DNA of 64,000 bases, taken from the IMG/VR virus record IMGVR_UViG_3300015370_000001, positions 1,104 through 65,103 of that record. One strand, written 5' to 3'. The stretch is from a virus. Lineage: Duplodnaviria > Caudoviricetes. The position numbers and the translations under genes are program-made. The notes below the pieces were generated by a model. The model did no database searches, was not told the origin of the DNA, and saw only the letters and a list, made by a program, of their open reading frames with translations. Of the stretch, positions 9,523-19,455 are shown piece by piece (position 1 is the first letter of the stretch; each line of letters begins with the position of its first letter).

Positions 9523-10107
9523 GTGCCGAAGCTCTCGAAGGAGGACCGCCAAGTCGTCGAAAATACCGTCGAGGCGGTGATCGTCAAGGGCCAGTGGAGC
9601 CGGACATTTGCCCAGGGGTTGGCCAGGAAGTACGGCCTTACCGAGGACGCCGTCTACAAGACACGGCAGCGGCTGTTCGCCAGGTGGGCCTCAGCCAACA
9701 CCGGCCGCTCCGTGGATAGCTGGACCGCCGAGATCCTCGCCAAGATGGAGCATGCCTACGGGGTATGCCTGAAGGACAAGGACCGCCCGACAGCCCGCGG
9801 CATCCTCAACGACATGGCCCGCATCACGGGCGTCAGTAGCCCAGAGGTCATCGAGCACAGGATCACAGGGCACAACGGCGGGCCCGTTGAAATCGACGTC
9901 AAGGTGGACCACGTGCTGACGCTACTGGCCACTCAGATGTCGAGCATGCGCCTGGACCAGCTGGCAGCCCTGGGAGTCGGACAGGAGGTCTTGGATGGCG
10001 ACGCAATCACCGCCCACCGCGGTGGGAATGGAGGGGGTAGACCTCTCCTCGTTCCCCCCGGCAGCGCGGAAGAAGCTCCTGACGGGGATACAGAAGCTGG
10101 CGACTGA
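9523..10107 (+). CDS. Putative terminase small subunit
   Basis: Lies immediately upstream of and overlaps TerL. HTH-like N-terminus (LARKYGLTEDAVYK) and the C-terminal ITGHNGGPVEI motif common in TerS. Confidence 0.65.
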   Translation: MPKLSKEDRQVVENTVEAVIVKGQWSRTFAQGLARKYGLTEDAVYKTRQRLFARWASANTGRSVDSWTAEILAKMEHAYGVCLKDKDRPTARGILNDMARITGVSSPEVIEHRITGHNGGPVEIDVKVDHVLTLLATQMSSMRLDQLAALGVGQEVLDGDAITAHRGGNGGGRPLLVPPGSAEEAPDGDTEAGD

Positions 10108-11872
10108 GGAGTACCGGCGCCGCACCACCAGCAACGCCTATCGCCTGGCTACCAGCGCCCTACGTGATGCCTCCCCCGCCGAGCTCGCCGAGGACTACCC
10201 CCTGGTGCGTGCGGCCTACGACGCCTATCCCAGCGCGTGGCTCGACCTGGCCCGCGCGCACCCCGCACCCTACATCGAGTACGCGATCCGCGACGACGCC
10301 CCGCACAGCCCCACCCACGGCCAGCGCCTCCACCTGGGCAAGATGCACCTGGAGATGGTCCAGGTGTTGCTGCGCCACCGACTTGCCGCCTGCATCTCCA
10401 GCGCCGAGCACGGGGCGACCACCATCGTGATGGGCATGGTCGAGTGGAGCCTGGGCCGCAATCCCGACAACCGGATCAAGGTGCTCGGCGAGGACGACGA
10501 CTCGCCCAAGAAACGGGTGCTTCGCCTGCGCAACCGGATACAGTCGTGCCCCGAGATCCGCCACGTGTTCCCCGCCATGCGCCCCACCAAGGCCGACCAG
10601 TGGACGATGCAGCGCTTCTACGTAGCCAGGGCTATGGACAGCCAGGAGCCCAGCGTGGAGGGCCGAGGCATCCTGGGTGCAGCCACGGGCGGGCGCACGG
10701 ACATCGCGGTCTACGACGACGTGGTGGGCAAACGCAACGCCATCACGCAGCCCGCGCGGAGGCCCCAGGTGAAGACATCGTTCTTCAGCGACTGGTTCGG
10801 CACAGGAGCCCAGGGCCGGCACTGGTACGTGGCCAACTACTGGGCCAGCGACGACCTCACGCAGCACCTGCGCCACCTCGCCGAGCAGGCCACAGAGGAC
10901 TTCACCCCGCAGACTCAGGAGCTACCCTCTGGCGGCAAGCTGATCGTGGGCCGTGACTGGGTCTACCTGGAGCACACGGTACGCCGTGGCACCAACATCA
11001 GCCCCTGGCCCGAGCGCTGGAGTGAGGAGGAGATCGCCACCGTCCGGAGGATCACCCCTCCCCCAGACATGGCCCGGCGCTGGGAGTGCCGGCGACCCAC
11101 GGCCGGCGAGGAGGAGATCCAGCCCGAGTGGATGCGGTACGCCCCGGCCCCCCCACTGGACCAGTTCGAGGCCATCATCCAGTTCTGCGACCCAGCCAGC
11201 GGCGAGGCCAGTAGCAACGACTACACGGGCGAGGCCATCGCGGGTATCCGGATGGTCAAGGGAGCCGAGGGCCAGGACTCGTTCCCCATCGTCCACTTCC
11301 TGCACGCGGACCACTACCGGCTGCGGATGACCGACCGAGTCAAGCTGTTCCACCGCAACATGGTGCGCTTCAAGGTCACGGACCCCGCCATCGAGAACAA
11401 GCACGACGGCAAGACCATGGCCGACATGGTGGAGGACGTGAGCGGGCGCCGGCTCCGCAGGCCCACCCCGACCCAGGGCAAGCGCGAACGCATGGTCCGA
11501 TGGATTCCCCTCTTCCGGATGGGGCGTGTATTCTTTACGCCAGACATGCACCCCGACACGGTGGCCCTACTCAACGATTCGGAGGCCCCGAGCATCGTGT
11601 CGGAGATCCTGGGCACCGCGGAACACGACGACATCCACGACGCCGCCGAGGGCATCCTGGAGATCGCCAGCGAGCTGTTCGTGTTCGGCGAGCAGGAGTT
11701 CCCCGTCGCGATTCACGGCGTGACCGACAGGCCCACCGAGGACGCCGCCAGGAAGCAGGAGGACCCAGGCCTGCACCCGCTGCTACGCAAGCCCCAGGAC
11801 CTCGACGACGACGCCATGGGCCCCGATCCGTTCGATGACTGGACGTCCGAGACGACAGCCGTGCTACCGTAG
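9995..11872 (+). CDS. terL: Terminase large subunit
   Basis: G.GILGAATGGRTDIAVYDDVVG (Walker B region), RNase H-like FCDPASG…NDYTG and HDDIHDA, and position before the portal gene. Walker A is degenerate (SAEHGATT). Confidence 0.88.
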   Translation: MATQSPPTAVGMEGVDLSSFPPAARKKLLTGIQKLATEEYRRRTTSNAYRLATSALRDASPAELAEDYPLVRAAYDAYPSAWLDLARAHPAPYIEYAIRDDAPHSPTHGQRLHLGKMHLEMVQVLLRHRLAACISSAEHGATTIVMGMVEWSLGRNPDNRIKVLGEDDDSPKKRVLRLRNRIQSCPEIRHVFPAMRPTKADQWTMQRFYVARAMDSQEPSVEGRGILGAATGGRTDIAVYDDVVGKRNAITQPARRPQVKTSFFSDWFGTGAQGRHWYVANYWASDDLTQHLRHLAEQATEDFTPQTQELPSGGKLIVGRDWVYLEHTVRRGTNISPWPERWSEEEIATVRRITPPPDMARRWECRRPTAGEEEIQPEWMRYAPAPPLDQFEAIIQFCDPASGEASSNDYTGEAIAGIRMVKGAEGQDSFPIVHFLHADHYRLRMTDRVKLFHRNMVRFKVTDPAIENKHDGKTMADMVEDVSGRRLRRPTPTQGKRERMVRWIPLFRMGRVFFTPDMHPDTVALLNDSEAPSIVSEILGTAEHDDIHDAAEGILEIASELFVFGEQEFPVAIHGVTDRPTEDAARKQEDPGLHPLLRKPQDLDDDAMGPDPFDDWTSETTAVLP

Positions 11873-11900
11873 GAGCCGTGAGAATGACCAGGAGGTCGCC

Positions 11901-13415
11901 ATGGATGTGAGTGCAGAGAAGGCCGTTATCGGACGCCTGAGCGCCGGGCAGTACATGAGGAACATGGGTAAGGCCCTACTCGGCAGGCCCACCGTGTACG
12001 GCACGGACCAGCGGCTGCTGGAGCTGTCGGTGATGGTCCAGGCCATGATCTCCAAGAGCCTGATGGAGGAGACAGCGAGCCCCTCGTGGCGGCAGCAGCA
12101 GGGCGATTACAGCCAGGAGACCATTGCATCCAAGGCGTTCAAGTTCTACGGCCTCAATCCATGGGTCTACGCCTGCGTGTACGCCAACTCCAACAGCTAC
12201 GCCTCGGCCCCCCTGCAGTTCAAGGCCGTGACCCGCGAGCTGGACGAGGAGGGCAACGAGACCAAGACCGAGAAGCTAATCACGGACCCCCGCGTCCGCA
12301 AACTCCTGCGACGCCCCAACCCCTACGAGACCATGTACGACCTGAGGGAGGCCACGTGCGCCTACCTGGAGCTGTGCGGGACCGCGTACTGGGAGGTGGG
12401 CACGGACCCCGCCACGGGCGACGTGGTGGCCCTGTGGAGCGTGCGCCCCGATCTCCTGGAGCCCGTGGGCACCAGGGACAAGCTCATCACGCACTACGTT
12501 TTCAAGGGCCAGAACGTGGGCCTGCCCGGCAACCAGGTCGTGCCCGCCGAGCGCATCATCCAGTTCCGCTACTTCCACCCCACCTCGGACCACATCGGGT
12601 TCGGCAGCTTCGAGGCCTCGGCCCTGGCCGCCGAGCAGATGATCCGACACAGCCAGTGGGACCGGGATTTCTGGAAGAACGGCGCGCGCTTCGACACCTT
12701 GTTGACCACCGACCAGCCCATGAGCGGCGAGGCCCTCAACCGCATGGTGGGGCTGTTCGAGCGCCGTCACCGTGGTGCAGGCAAGGGGAGCCGCACGGCC
12801 GCCCTCAGCCACGGCCTCAAGGCCCAGGTGATGGACAGCGTCAAGGACATGGACTGGGAGAAGCAGCGGAAGATGAGCCGCGAGGAAGCGTTCGCGTGCT
12901 TCAACGTGGTGCCCGCAGTGGTCAGCGTGGTGGACGAGGCGCGGTTCAAGAACGTCGGCGAGCAGCTCGAACTCTACTGGGCCAACGGGATGGTGCCCAA
13001 ACTGACCAAGGAGCGCGGCACCCTGGACCGTGACCTGTCCCCGCTGATCTCCCGGATGATCGGTGGCGGCGAGGTGGTAGCCGCTCATGACCTCAGCAAG
13101 ATCAAGGCGCTTCAGCCGGACCTGGACAAGGCCACGGACCGCTCGGTGAAGCTGTTCGTCAACGGCCTGGTCAAGCGCAACGAGGGCAGGGCGCTGGTCC
13201 AACTCGACGCGGTGCCCGATGACGAGGACGGCTGGTATCTGGACGTGGCGTCACCCATGGGAGCCCTGGGGTATCAGCCCGTCCAGGCCAGCCTCGAACT
13301 CGAGGACGGCAGCGTGCGCGACCTCACCCACAGGGCGCTCCCGTCGCCAGCGGCAGAGGGGGTGAAGGCAGCGTCCATCCTCCCTTTCGCCAGCGCCCAG
13401 GCGAAACGCGGCTAG
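11901..13415 (+). CDS. Portal protein (HK97 family)
   Basis: NPWVYACV, RRPNPYET, YLELCGTAY, FWKNGA…G, AFACFNVVP; GGAGG RBS. Confidence 0.92.
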   Translation: MDVSAEKAVIGRLSAGQYMRNMGKALLGRPTVYGTDQRLLELSVMVQAMISKSLMEETASPSWRQQQGDYSQETIASKAFKFYGLNPWVYACVYANSNSYASAPLQFKAVTRELDEEGNETKTEKLITDPRVRKLLRRPNPYETMYDLREATCAYLELCGTAYWEVGTDPATGDVVALWSVRPDLLEPVGTRDKLITHYVFKGQNVGLPGNQVVPAERIIQFRYFHPTSDHIGFGSFEASALAAEQMIRHSQWDRDFWKNGARFDTLLTTDQPMSGEALNRMVGLFERRHRGAGKGSRTAALSHGLKAQVMDSVKDMDWEKQRKMSREEAFACFNVVPAVVSVVDEARFKNVGEQLELYWANGMVPKLTKERGTLDRDLSPLISRMIGGGEVVAAHDLSKIKALQPDLDKATDRSVKLFVNGLVKRNEGRALVQLDAVPDDEDGWYLDVASPMGALGYQPVQASLELEDGSVRDLTHRALPSPAAEGVKAASILPFASAQAKRG

Positions 13416-13450
13416 AGAAGCGTCAGCGCCAGGGCGACACCATCCTCGGG

Positions 13451-14299
13451 TTGAGGGAGATCCGAATGCGGGAACTGCAGACCCAGCTCCAACAGCTGTA
13501 CGTGGCGATGGAGGCCGCGACCCTGGCGCTGATCATGGAGGCGCCCGAGACCGAGCTGGCGAAGTCCCTGGCCCCTCGCCCCCAGGTGGTGCAACTCTGC
13601 AAGTCGATGGCCATGCCCCGGCCCGTGACGTGCTCGTGTTGCGGCGAGACGGCGATCTCCCCCTACGTGTACCTGGAGAAGGATCTGGCCGTGGCCGACT
13701 TCCTCGACGGCCTGACCGAGCTGGCCCGGCGCAAGCTGCTGGACATCCTGGCCAACGCGGGGATCGTGACTCTGGAGGTCAGCGGCGAGGTGGCCCTGGT
13801 GGGCGTGCTGGGTCAGCCGCTGTCCGACTTCGCCATCGCCGAGGCCGTGTTCCGAGAGTGGTTCTCGCACTCCGTAGCCGTGACCGGCGGCGTGATGAAC
13901 ACGATCTCCATGCGCCTCGTGAATACCTTGAGCACGGGGCTTGCGAGCGGGGCCACGAGGGCAGAGCTGGCCAGGGAGATCGCGCTGACGTGGGACAGCC
14001 TAACCCTCAAGCACGCGGCGATGGTGGCGCAGGTAGAGTCGCACGCAGCCACGAACTGGGGGACATTACTTGGATACGAGTGGGGCGGCGTGGAGACGAA
14101 GGAGTGGATGCACTTTCCTGGCTCCAGCAAGGAGCCTCGGATTGCACACGGACTGATGGACGGACAGGTCCAGCCCACGGACCAGCCGTTCGTGGAGCCC
14201 GGCGGGGTGCTGCTCATGTTCCCGGGGGACTACTCGGCGCCGTTTGGATCCACACACGGCTGCCACTGCCAGGTGATGCCGGGTCCGGTTGAGGTGTAG
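13451..14299 (+). CDS. Minor head / head morphogenesis protein (SPP1 gp7 / Mu gpF-like)
   Basis: AQVESHAATNWG, KEW, RIAHGLMDGQ…F…LMFPGD…HGCHC, corresponding to the KxW…R.H…NCRC pattern. Confidence 0.85.
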   Translation: MREIRMRELQTQLQQLYVAMEAATLALIMEAPETELAKSLAPRPQVVQLCKSMAMPRPVTCSCCGETAISPYVYLEKDLAVADFLDGLTELARRKLLDILANAGIVTLEVSGEVALVGVLGQPLSDFAIAEAVFREWFSHSVAVTGGVMNTISMRLVNTLSTGLASGATRAELAREIALTWDSLTLKHAAMVAQVESHAATNWGTLLGYEWGGVETKEWMHFPGSSKEPRIAHGLMDGQVQPTDQPFVEPGGVLLMFPGDYSAPFGSTHGCHCQVMPGPVEV

Positions 14300-14337
14300 C
14301 CCCGTCCCTTCGTGTATCCTACCCCCAGGAGGCACCC

Positions 14338-14595
14338 ATGCCCGACAACTCCAAGATCAGAGCGATGCTCGACGGCCCACCTGGTGAGGGTGGACTCGTC
14401 ATCGGCAACAGGACGATCCCCGTGCACGATATGCGATGCAGCATCCTTTCACAGCAGGCCGTCGAGGCAATCAAGGCCGACGTACCAATCAGCATCCCGT
14501 CACCGCAGCGGTTCACCGGGACGTTCACCTTCACGCTTCGCCGCAGCGTGGCCGACCTCCTGGATAAGTACGCCGACGACGAGGAGCAGGACTGA
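14338..14595 (+). CDS. Hypothetical protein
   Basis: AGGAGG RBS; TGATG coupling to the protease gene. Confidence 0.6.
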   Translation: MPDNSKIRAMLDGPPGEGGLVIGNRTIPVHDMRCSILSQQAVEAIKADVPISIPSPQRFTGTFTFTLRRSVADLLDKYADDEEQD

Positions 14596-15683
14596 TGCCC
14601 TACCCCAACCAACACGCCGCCCGCCTGCGAGACCCCGACGACTTCGAGGCCGACACCATGGTTACGCTCACAGAGCAGTTCCCGGACGGCATCACGGCCA
14701 TCGCCGGCAAGCTCACGGGCGAGGACTCCATCACGCTCCATGCGGTCCGCTTTGACGCCGAGAAGTGGACCGCGGCCGAGGCCCGGGAGTGGATGCGAGA
14801 CCACCCGGATCTGGGCGAGGTGATCCTGTTCGAGGAGGCCAGCGGGGAGAAGGAGAAGGCCGACGAGCCAGCCACCCCCGAGCCCGGGTCCGTCGCCGAC
14901 AAGGGCATGGCCAGCGAGGTCCGGGACCGCTACCGCCACGCCCGCCTCGTGGTGCTCACTGACGAGGAGCTGGTCGCCGCGCACGACCTGGTGCACCAGC
15001 TGTTCGCCGACCGCGAGGAGGGCGCCACCACGGCCGGCTACAGCAACGCCCACCTCGCCACGCTACGTGTGTTGGCCGAGCGCGAGATGGAGCACCCCGC
15101 ACCCATGGAGGGCACAGAGGCCCTGGACGAGATGACCGCCGACGCCGTACTGAGCAAGACCCTCGTCGTCAGCAAGGTCTGGCTGTCCAAGGCCGACGGG
15201 CGTCCCGACGTGGTCTACATGGTCGTGCACGTGCCCTTCGAGCTGGACGGCCAAGGCGACTGGTTCGACGACCGCGACGTGCTGGACATGGCGCACGAGT
15301 GGGCGCTCAATGGCTTCGTGCTTAACCTCGAGCACGACAAGGTGCCGGGGCTCCAACTGCAACCGGGGGAGGCCCAGGTGGTGGAGTCAGCCACTGCGCC
15401 CGTCACCTTCATCGTGAACAACCAGGGCGTCGAGCGGGCCTACCTGTCACCGGAGCTGTTCGGCGATACGGAGATCCCAGCTGCCGTGCTGCCTCACACC
15501 CGCGTGGACGAGGAGGCCGGCGAGTCCCTGATCCCCCGCACGTCGTGGATTCTTGCGGTCAAGGCCAAGGGGCGGGTGCTTCAGTGGTTCGCGGAGGGCA
15601 AGCTCACGGGGCCTAGTTTTCAGGGGCCGGCGGCGGCTCTGTACGACAATCGGTCGGCTGCGCTAAAGCAAAAATACCCATGA
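14595..15683 (+). CDS. XkdF-like prohead serine protease with an extra N-terminal domain
   Basis: VYMVVHVP..LDGQGD…DMAHEW…NLEHD…VVES…SWILAV…GKLTGPSFQG fits the XkdF (Peptidase S78_2) pattern; located in the head module. Confidence 0.8.
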   Translation: MPYPNQHAARLRDPDDFEADTMVTLTEQFPDGITAIAGKLTGEDSITLHAVRFDAEKWTAAEAREWMRDHPDLGEVILFEEASGEKEKADEPATPEPGSVADKGMASEVRDRYRHARLVVLTDEELVAAHDLVHQLFADREEGATTAGYSNAHLATLRVLAEREMEHPAPMEGTEALDEMTADAVLSKTLVVSKVWLSKADGRPDVVYMVVHVPFELDGQGDWFDDRDVLDMAHEWALNGFVLNLEHDKVPGLQLQPGEAQVVESATAPVTFIVNNQGVERAYLSPELFGDTEIPAAVLPHTRVDEEAGESLIPRTSWILAVKAKGRVLQWFAEGKLTGPSFQGPAAALYDNRSAALKQKYP

Positions 15684-16226
15684 TCACAGCCACGCCCACG
15701 TCCTTCGCCATCGGATGTCGTATACAGCCTGAATAGATACCCCGAAGCGCTTTGCTATCTTGTTGGCCGGCCCACGCCAAGCAAGTATCTCCCGCGCCTG
15801 AGCTTCTGTGAGCTTCGACATTCCATGCCGTTCACCCCTATTCGACGTGCCATGCTCTACGCGATCCAGCTGGTTGTCGGATGGCGTGCCCCAGCAGATA
15901 TTGTCGATGTGGTTGTTGGTCTGATCACCGTCAAGATGTCTGCACTGCATGCGGGCTGGCCTTGGCCCCACAAAAGCCAAGAGAACGAGCCCGTGAATTC
16001 CGAGGAGTTCGACCCTGTTTTCGCGGCTCAAGGCGACACGCCCGTACTTGGGTGTCGTGCGGCACTCCTTGAGAATGCGACCCGGCCATCGGCAAGTGTA
16101 CCCGGGACTATGCAGGATCTCCCGGTCCAGAGAGCGCACACGCCCAGCGTCGCTGACTTCGTATCGACCCTCATAGCCGGGCACAGCTTTCCATGTTTCT
16201 GATTTGCTTGTAGACTTGTTTGGCAT
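15684..16226 (-). mobile_element. NUMOD4-HNH homing endonuclease (free-standing, antisense to the head operon)
   Basis: WKAVPGYEGRYEVSDAGRVRS (NUMOD4), IHGLVLLAF…CRHLDGDQTNNHIDNI (HNH), GERHGMSKLTE tail. Less GC-rich than the flanks. Confidence 0.92.
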
Positions 16227-16285
16227 CGGCGGCACCTCCATGCCTCTGGTGTAGAAGGCTGCCGGTAGCTCGGCGGCTTTTACTT

Positions 16286-16291
16286 ATTATA
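16286..16291 (-). promoter_or_regulatory. Consensus TATAAT -10 box upstream of the HNH gene
   Basis: ATTATA on the + strand at 16286-16291, about 60 nt upstream of the HNH ATG. Confidence 0.55.
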
Positions 16292-16317
16292 CCGCCGTCC
16301 ACAGAAAGCGCAGCCGC

Positions 16318-16632
16318 TCATCGGTCCATCTCCCGCGCCAGATCGCACCACGCCTGAGCCCACGAGAACATCGCACTCCTGGCCTCTCTGTCAGCATCGA
16401 CGAACGCAGGAACTTCCAGGATCTCCATCGCCTCTGGGTGATCATGGTTCGGCCACGCCAAAGCCCCCTCGTCCATCCATGCGTGCCACCCGAACAGGCG
16501 GATGAACTCGTCCCGCGTCCGGCTGTGGAAGACGACGCCCCATATCCACGGCACGGAGTCCATGAACTCCCGCGAGATCCCGAACCCAAAGATGGTGTAG
16601 GTCTGGCCGTCGAAATGGAGATCGTCGGTCAT
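16318..16632 (-). CDS. Hypothetical protein (MTDDLHFDGQ…)
   Basis: TGATG-coupled to the upstream HTH gene. Confidence 0.6.
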   Translation of the reverse strand: MTDDLHFDGQTYTIFGFGISREFMDSVPWIWGVVFHSRTRDEFIRLFGWHAWMDEGALAWPNHDHPEAMEILEVPAFVDADREARSAMFSWAQAWCDLAREMDR

Positions 16633-16826
16633 CACCCATCCCCCTTGTGTCGCCGGTTCCTGAGCCACCTCTCAACGTCCGTGATCCTGTAGCGACAGCG
16701 AGACTGACGCCCTCCCAGCTGGTGGTACGCGGGCCCCACCCCGCCCATTCTCCAGCGCCTCAGCGTGCTCGTGTGAACCCCCAGCATCTGCGCCACCTCC
16801 TTGCTCGTCAGCAGGTCTCGGTCCAT
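16632..16826 (-). CDS. Excisionase/MerR-like HTH (HTH_17) DNA-binding protein
   Basis: LLTSKEVAQMLGVHTSTLRRWR..GVGPAY..LG….RYRITDVERWL; GGAGG RBS. Confidence 0.9.
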   Translation of the reverse strand: MDRDLLTSKEVAQMLGVHTSTLRRWRMGGVGPAYHQLGGRQSRCRYRITDVERWLRNRRHKGDG

Positions 16827-16920
16827 GCGGCCTCCGTTGCGTTGCTTTTGCGAGCGTAGCGTAGCACGGCGTATCGCGAAATTGGAGAACCGTTGCGCCT
16901 GAAAAGATCGCGCGGCTAGC

Positions 16921-18066
16921 GTGGAAAGCGAAATGGACATCCCGAACGAGCTGCGAAAACGATACTCCAGGCCCGATCACTACTCGGATTCCGAGTGGGA
17001 TCAACAGCTGGAGTTGCTCGCCGGCGGGCGCCAGTTGACCGCAGCCGCCCCCAACGCCGTGGCCCTGGCCCAGACCCCCGCCATCGGCGCCACCGTGTAC
17101 GCAGCCAAGAGCATGGAGACCCTCATGAGCGAGCACGCAGACCTCGGCGTGGTGACACCCGACGCCAAGTTCGGAATGACCAAGGACGCCGCCATCGCCG
17201 CATCTTCCCGCATCAAGGCGCTGGCCGAGACATGTGCGCAGGTGGCCAAGCACATCGACGCCCGGGCCGGCAAGGGCGCGAGCACCACACTCGGCGAGGA
17301 CCTCGATGCCGCACTGAGTTCCGTGGGTGTCGCCGCTCTCGACGCCGCCTGTGGGCACTTCGGCGCCGTGGACCTGAGCAAGGCCATGGACGGCGAGGAG
17401 CGCAAAGAGAAGGCCCTGAGCGAGGAAAACGTCACCGCCGCTGTCCAGCACATCGGGGCCGCCGTGGAGTCCCTGCTCGACGTGCGCCGCAAGGTGCAGG
17501 AGGGCGACGAGGACACCGCCGCCATGGAGGCACAGCTCAAGGCCGTCACCGACGCCATCGCGGGGATCGCCGCGCTGATCAAGGGGGAGTCCGCCGAGGA
17601 GCCCACCGAGGCCGAGGTCGAAGCCGCGAAGGTCGCCGCCGCCAAGGCCGAGCCGCCCGCCGAGCCCACCGAGGAGGTGGACACGGAGAAGGCCGCCGAG
17701 ATCCTCACCAAGCTGGTGCAGGAGAAGCTGGTCATTCTCGTCGAGGTCGCCACCGCGCTCCAGGCTGGTGTCGGGACCATGGACGCCAAGGACGCACAGG
17801 CGCAGTTCAGCAAGCTGGCCGACGCCGTGTGGGGAGTGCGCGACGACTTCCTGATGTTGGCCAAGTCCATGGGCCACAAGGTCGCCGACCGCGTGGACGT
17901 GGCCCGCGTGACCGCCCTGGAGAAGGCCATGGCCGAGATGAAGGTCTCGGTCGCCAAGTCCCTGAAGGAACAGTTCGCCGAGATCACGCAGACGCAGGAA
18001 GCCGCAACCCAACTCCTGGAGGCCTTCGAGGCCGCCGTGGGAATCGCATCCATCCCCGCCAGCTAG
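16921..18066 (+). CDS. Putative capsid scaffolding protein
   Basis: Ala/Glu/Lys-rich, predicted helical, with a PAEPTEE linker; located between protease and capsid genes. Confidence 0.65.
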   Translation: MESEMDIPNELRKRYSRPDHYSDSEWDQQLELLAGGRQLTAAAPNAVALAQTPAIGATVYAAKSMETLMSEHADLGVVTPDAKFGMTKDAAIAASSRIKALAETCAQVAKHIDARAGKGASTTLGEDLDAALSSVGVAALDAACGHFGAVDLSKAMDGEERKEKALSEENVTAAVQHIGAAVESLLDVRRKVQEGDEDTAAMEAQLKAVTDAIAGIAALIKGESAEEPTEAEVEAAKVAAAKAEPPAEPTEEVDTEKAAEILTKLVQEKLVILVEVATALQAGVGTMDAKDAQAQFSKLADAVWGVRDDFLMLAKSMGHKVADRVDVARVTALEKAMAEMKVSVAKSLKEQFAEITQTQEAATQLLEAFEAAVGIASIPAS

Positions 18067-18091
18067 GCGGATGGTCACGAAAGGACCTCTC

Positions 18092-19450
18092 ATGCCCATC
18101 GATCTCAACCGTTTCCGTGGAGCTCGTGACCAGGCCAGCCAGGCGCGCGAGACCACCGCAACCCCCGCCCGCGCCACCGGCTACAGCCAGGTGCGTGGAG
18201 GCGGTGCCCATGGCGCCGAGCAGGTGAGTCTGGCCAAGACCCTGCTCCGCACCAGCTACAACGCCAGCCCGGAGCTTCGGCGCTACCAGAGCGCGTGCGA
18301 CGACCTGCACATCGCCAAGAGCATGCTGACCGCCGCGTGTGAGCTGCGCCGTGAGGACCCCAGCTGGGTGGACGATGCCCTGCTGTCCTCGCCCATGGGC
18401 ATGGCGCAGGCCATGGCCGCGGTGGATCTCAGCAAGGCGATGGACACCGCGACGGCCAACGAGGGCCTCGAGTTCATCCCCAACGAGTTCTCCAGCCAGT
18501 TCATCGACCGCTTCCGCCTGGAGATGAAAATCTCGGCGATGCACGAGCACTTCACGATGCCGAGGTCCCCGTGGACCCTGCCCATCGCGGGTGCCGACCC
18601 CGTGGCCCGGCGCATCCCCGAGAACCTGACCGACAACATCTTCCTGAACACGGCGCTGACCCCGGCCATCACCCCGGTCACCGGAAACCAGCAGTTCGTC
18701 GCCGCGACCCTGGGCGCGATGGTGGTCATCTCCCGCGACCTGGAGATGGACTCGATCGTCCCCGTGGTGCAGTTCGCCCGCACTCGCTTGACCGTGGCTG
18801 CCGTGCGCGCCATCGAGAACGCCACGCTCAACGGGACGCGCTGGAACGCCGTGCACATCGACGCCGACGTCGAAGCCGACGTCAACAAGGTCACGCGCTC
18901 CGAGGTGCTGTGGGACGGCTACCGCCAGATCATCGCCAACCGCGCGGCCGTGGATGCGGGCTGCCGTCGCAACTTCGCGGGCAACGCCATCAGCACCAAG
19001 CTGCTCCGCACCCTGCGCAAGGAGCTGGGCGTCTACGGCGTCAACCCCGAGGATCTGATGTATGTGGTCAGCCCATCGGGCCACGCGCAGATGCTGGACC
19101 TGGACGAGCTGCTGACCGTGGACAAGCTGGGCCCCAACGCCACCATCGTCAAGGGCCAGGTGGGCACCTTCGATGGCTCCGCCGTCGTGGTCTCCGAGCA
19201 CCAGCGCGAGGACCTGGAGGCGACCGGATACGCGGCCAACCCCGCGGCTGGCACCACCACCCTGGTCCACGTGATCCACCGGCCGAGCTTCCAGTACGGG
19301 GATCTGCAGTCGTTGCAGTGGAACCTCATCGACTGGGCCCCCACGCGACAGAAGGTGGCCATGCTCGACATGCGCCTGGACTTCCGCGCCGTGGTGGACG
19401 ACCCGACCGCCGTGACCTTCGCGGCCGAGGGGTTCAACATCCCGGCCTAG
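18092..19450 (+). CDS. Major capsid protein (HK97 fold)
   Basis: ANEGLEFIPNEFSSQFIDR, ISRDLEMDS.VPVV, AIENATLNG, GQVGTFDGSAVVVS, R.DF near the C-terminus; AAAGGA RBS. Confidence 0.92.
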   Translation: MPIDLNRFRGARDQASQARETTATPARATGYSQVRGGGAHGAEQVSLAKTLLRTSYNASPELRRYQSACDDLHIAKSMLTAACELRREDPSWVDDALLSSPMGMAQAMAAVDLSKAMDTATANEGLEFIPNEFSSQFIDRFRLEMKISAMHEHFTMPRSPWTLPIAGADPVARRIPENLTDNIFLNTALTPAITPVTGNQQFVAATLGAMVVISRDLEMDSIVPVVQFARTRLTVAAVRAIENATLNGTRWNAVHIDADVEADVNKVTRSEVLWDGYRQIIANRAAVDAGCRRNFAGNAISTKLLRTLRKELGVYGVNPEDLMYVVSPSGHAQMLDLDELLTVDKLGPNATIVKGQVGTFDGSAVVVSEHQREDLEATGYAANPAAGTTTLVHVIHRPSFQYGDLQSLQWNLIDWAPTRQKVAMLDMRLDFRAVVDDPTAVTFAAEGFNIPA

Positions 19451-19455
19451 TGCTT

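Noticed and set aside
16632-16826. HTH genes as excisionases proving a temperate lifestyle
   Set aside because: No integrase, att-like repeat or clear CI/Cro pair in the window; HTH_17 proteins have many roles.
16318-16826. HTH + small gene pairs as anti-CRISPR/Aca operons
   Set aside because: No recognisable Acr or Aca family motif and the gene order is HTH-first; unsupported without a search.
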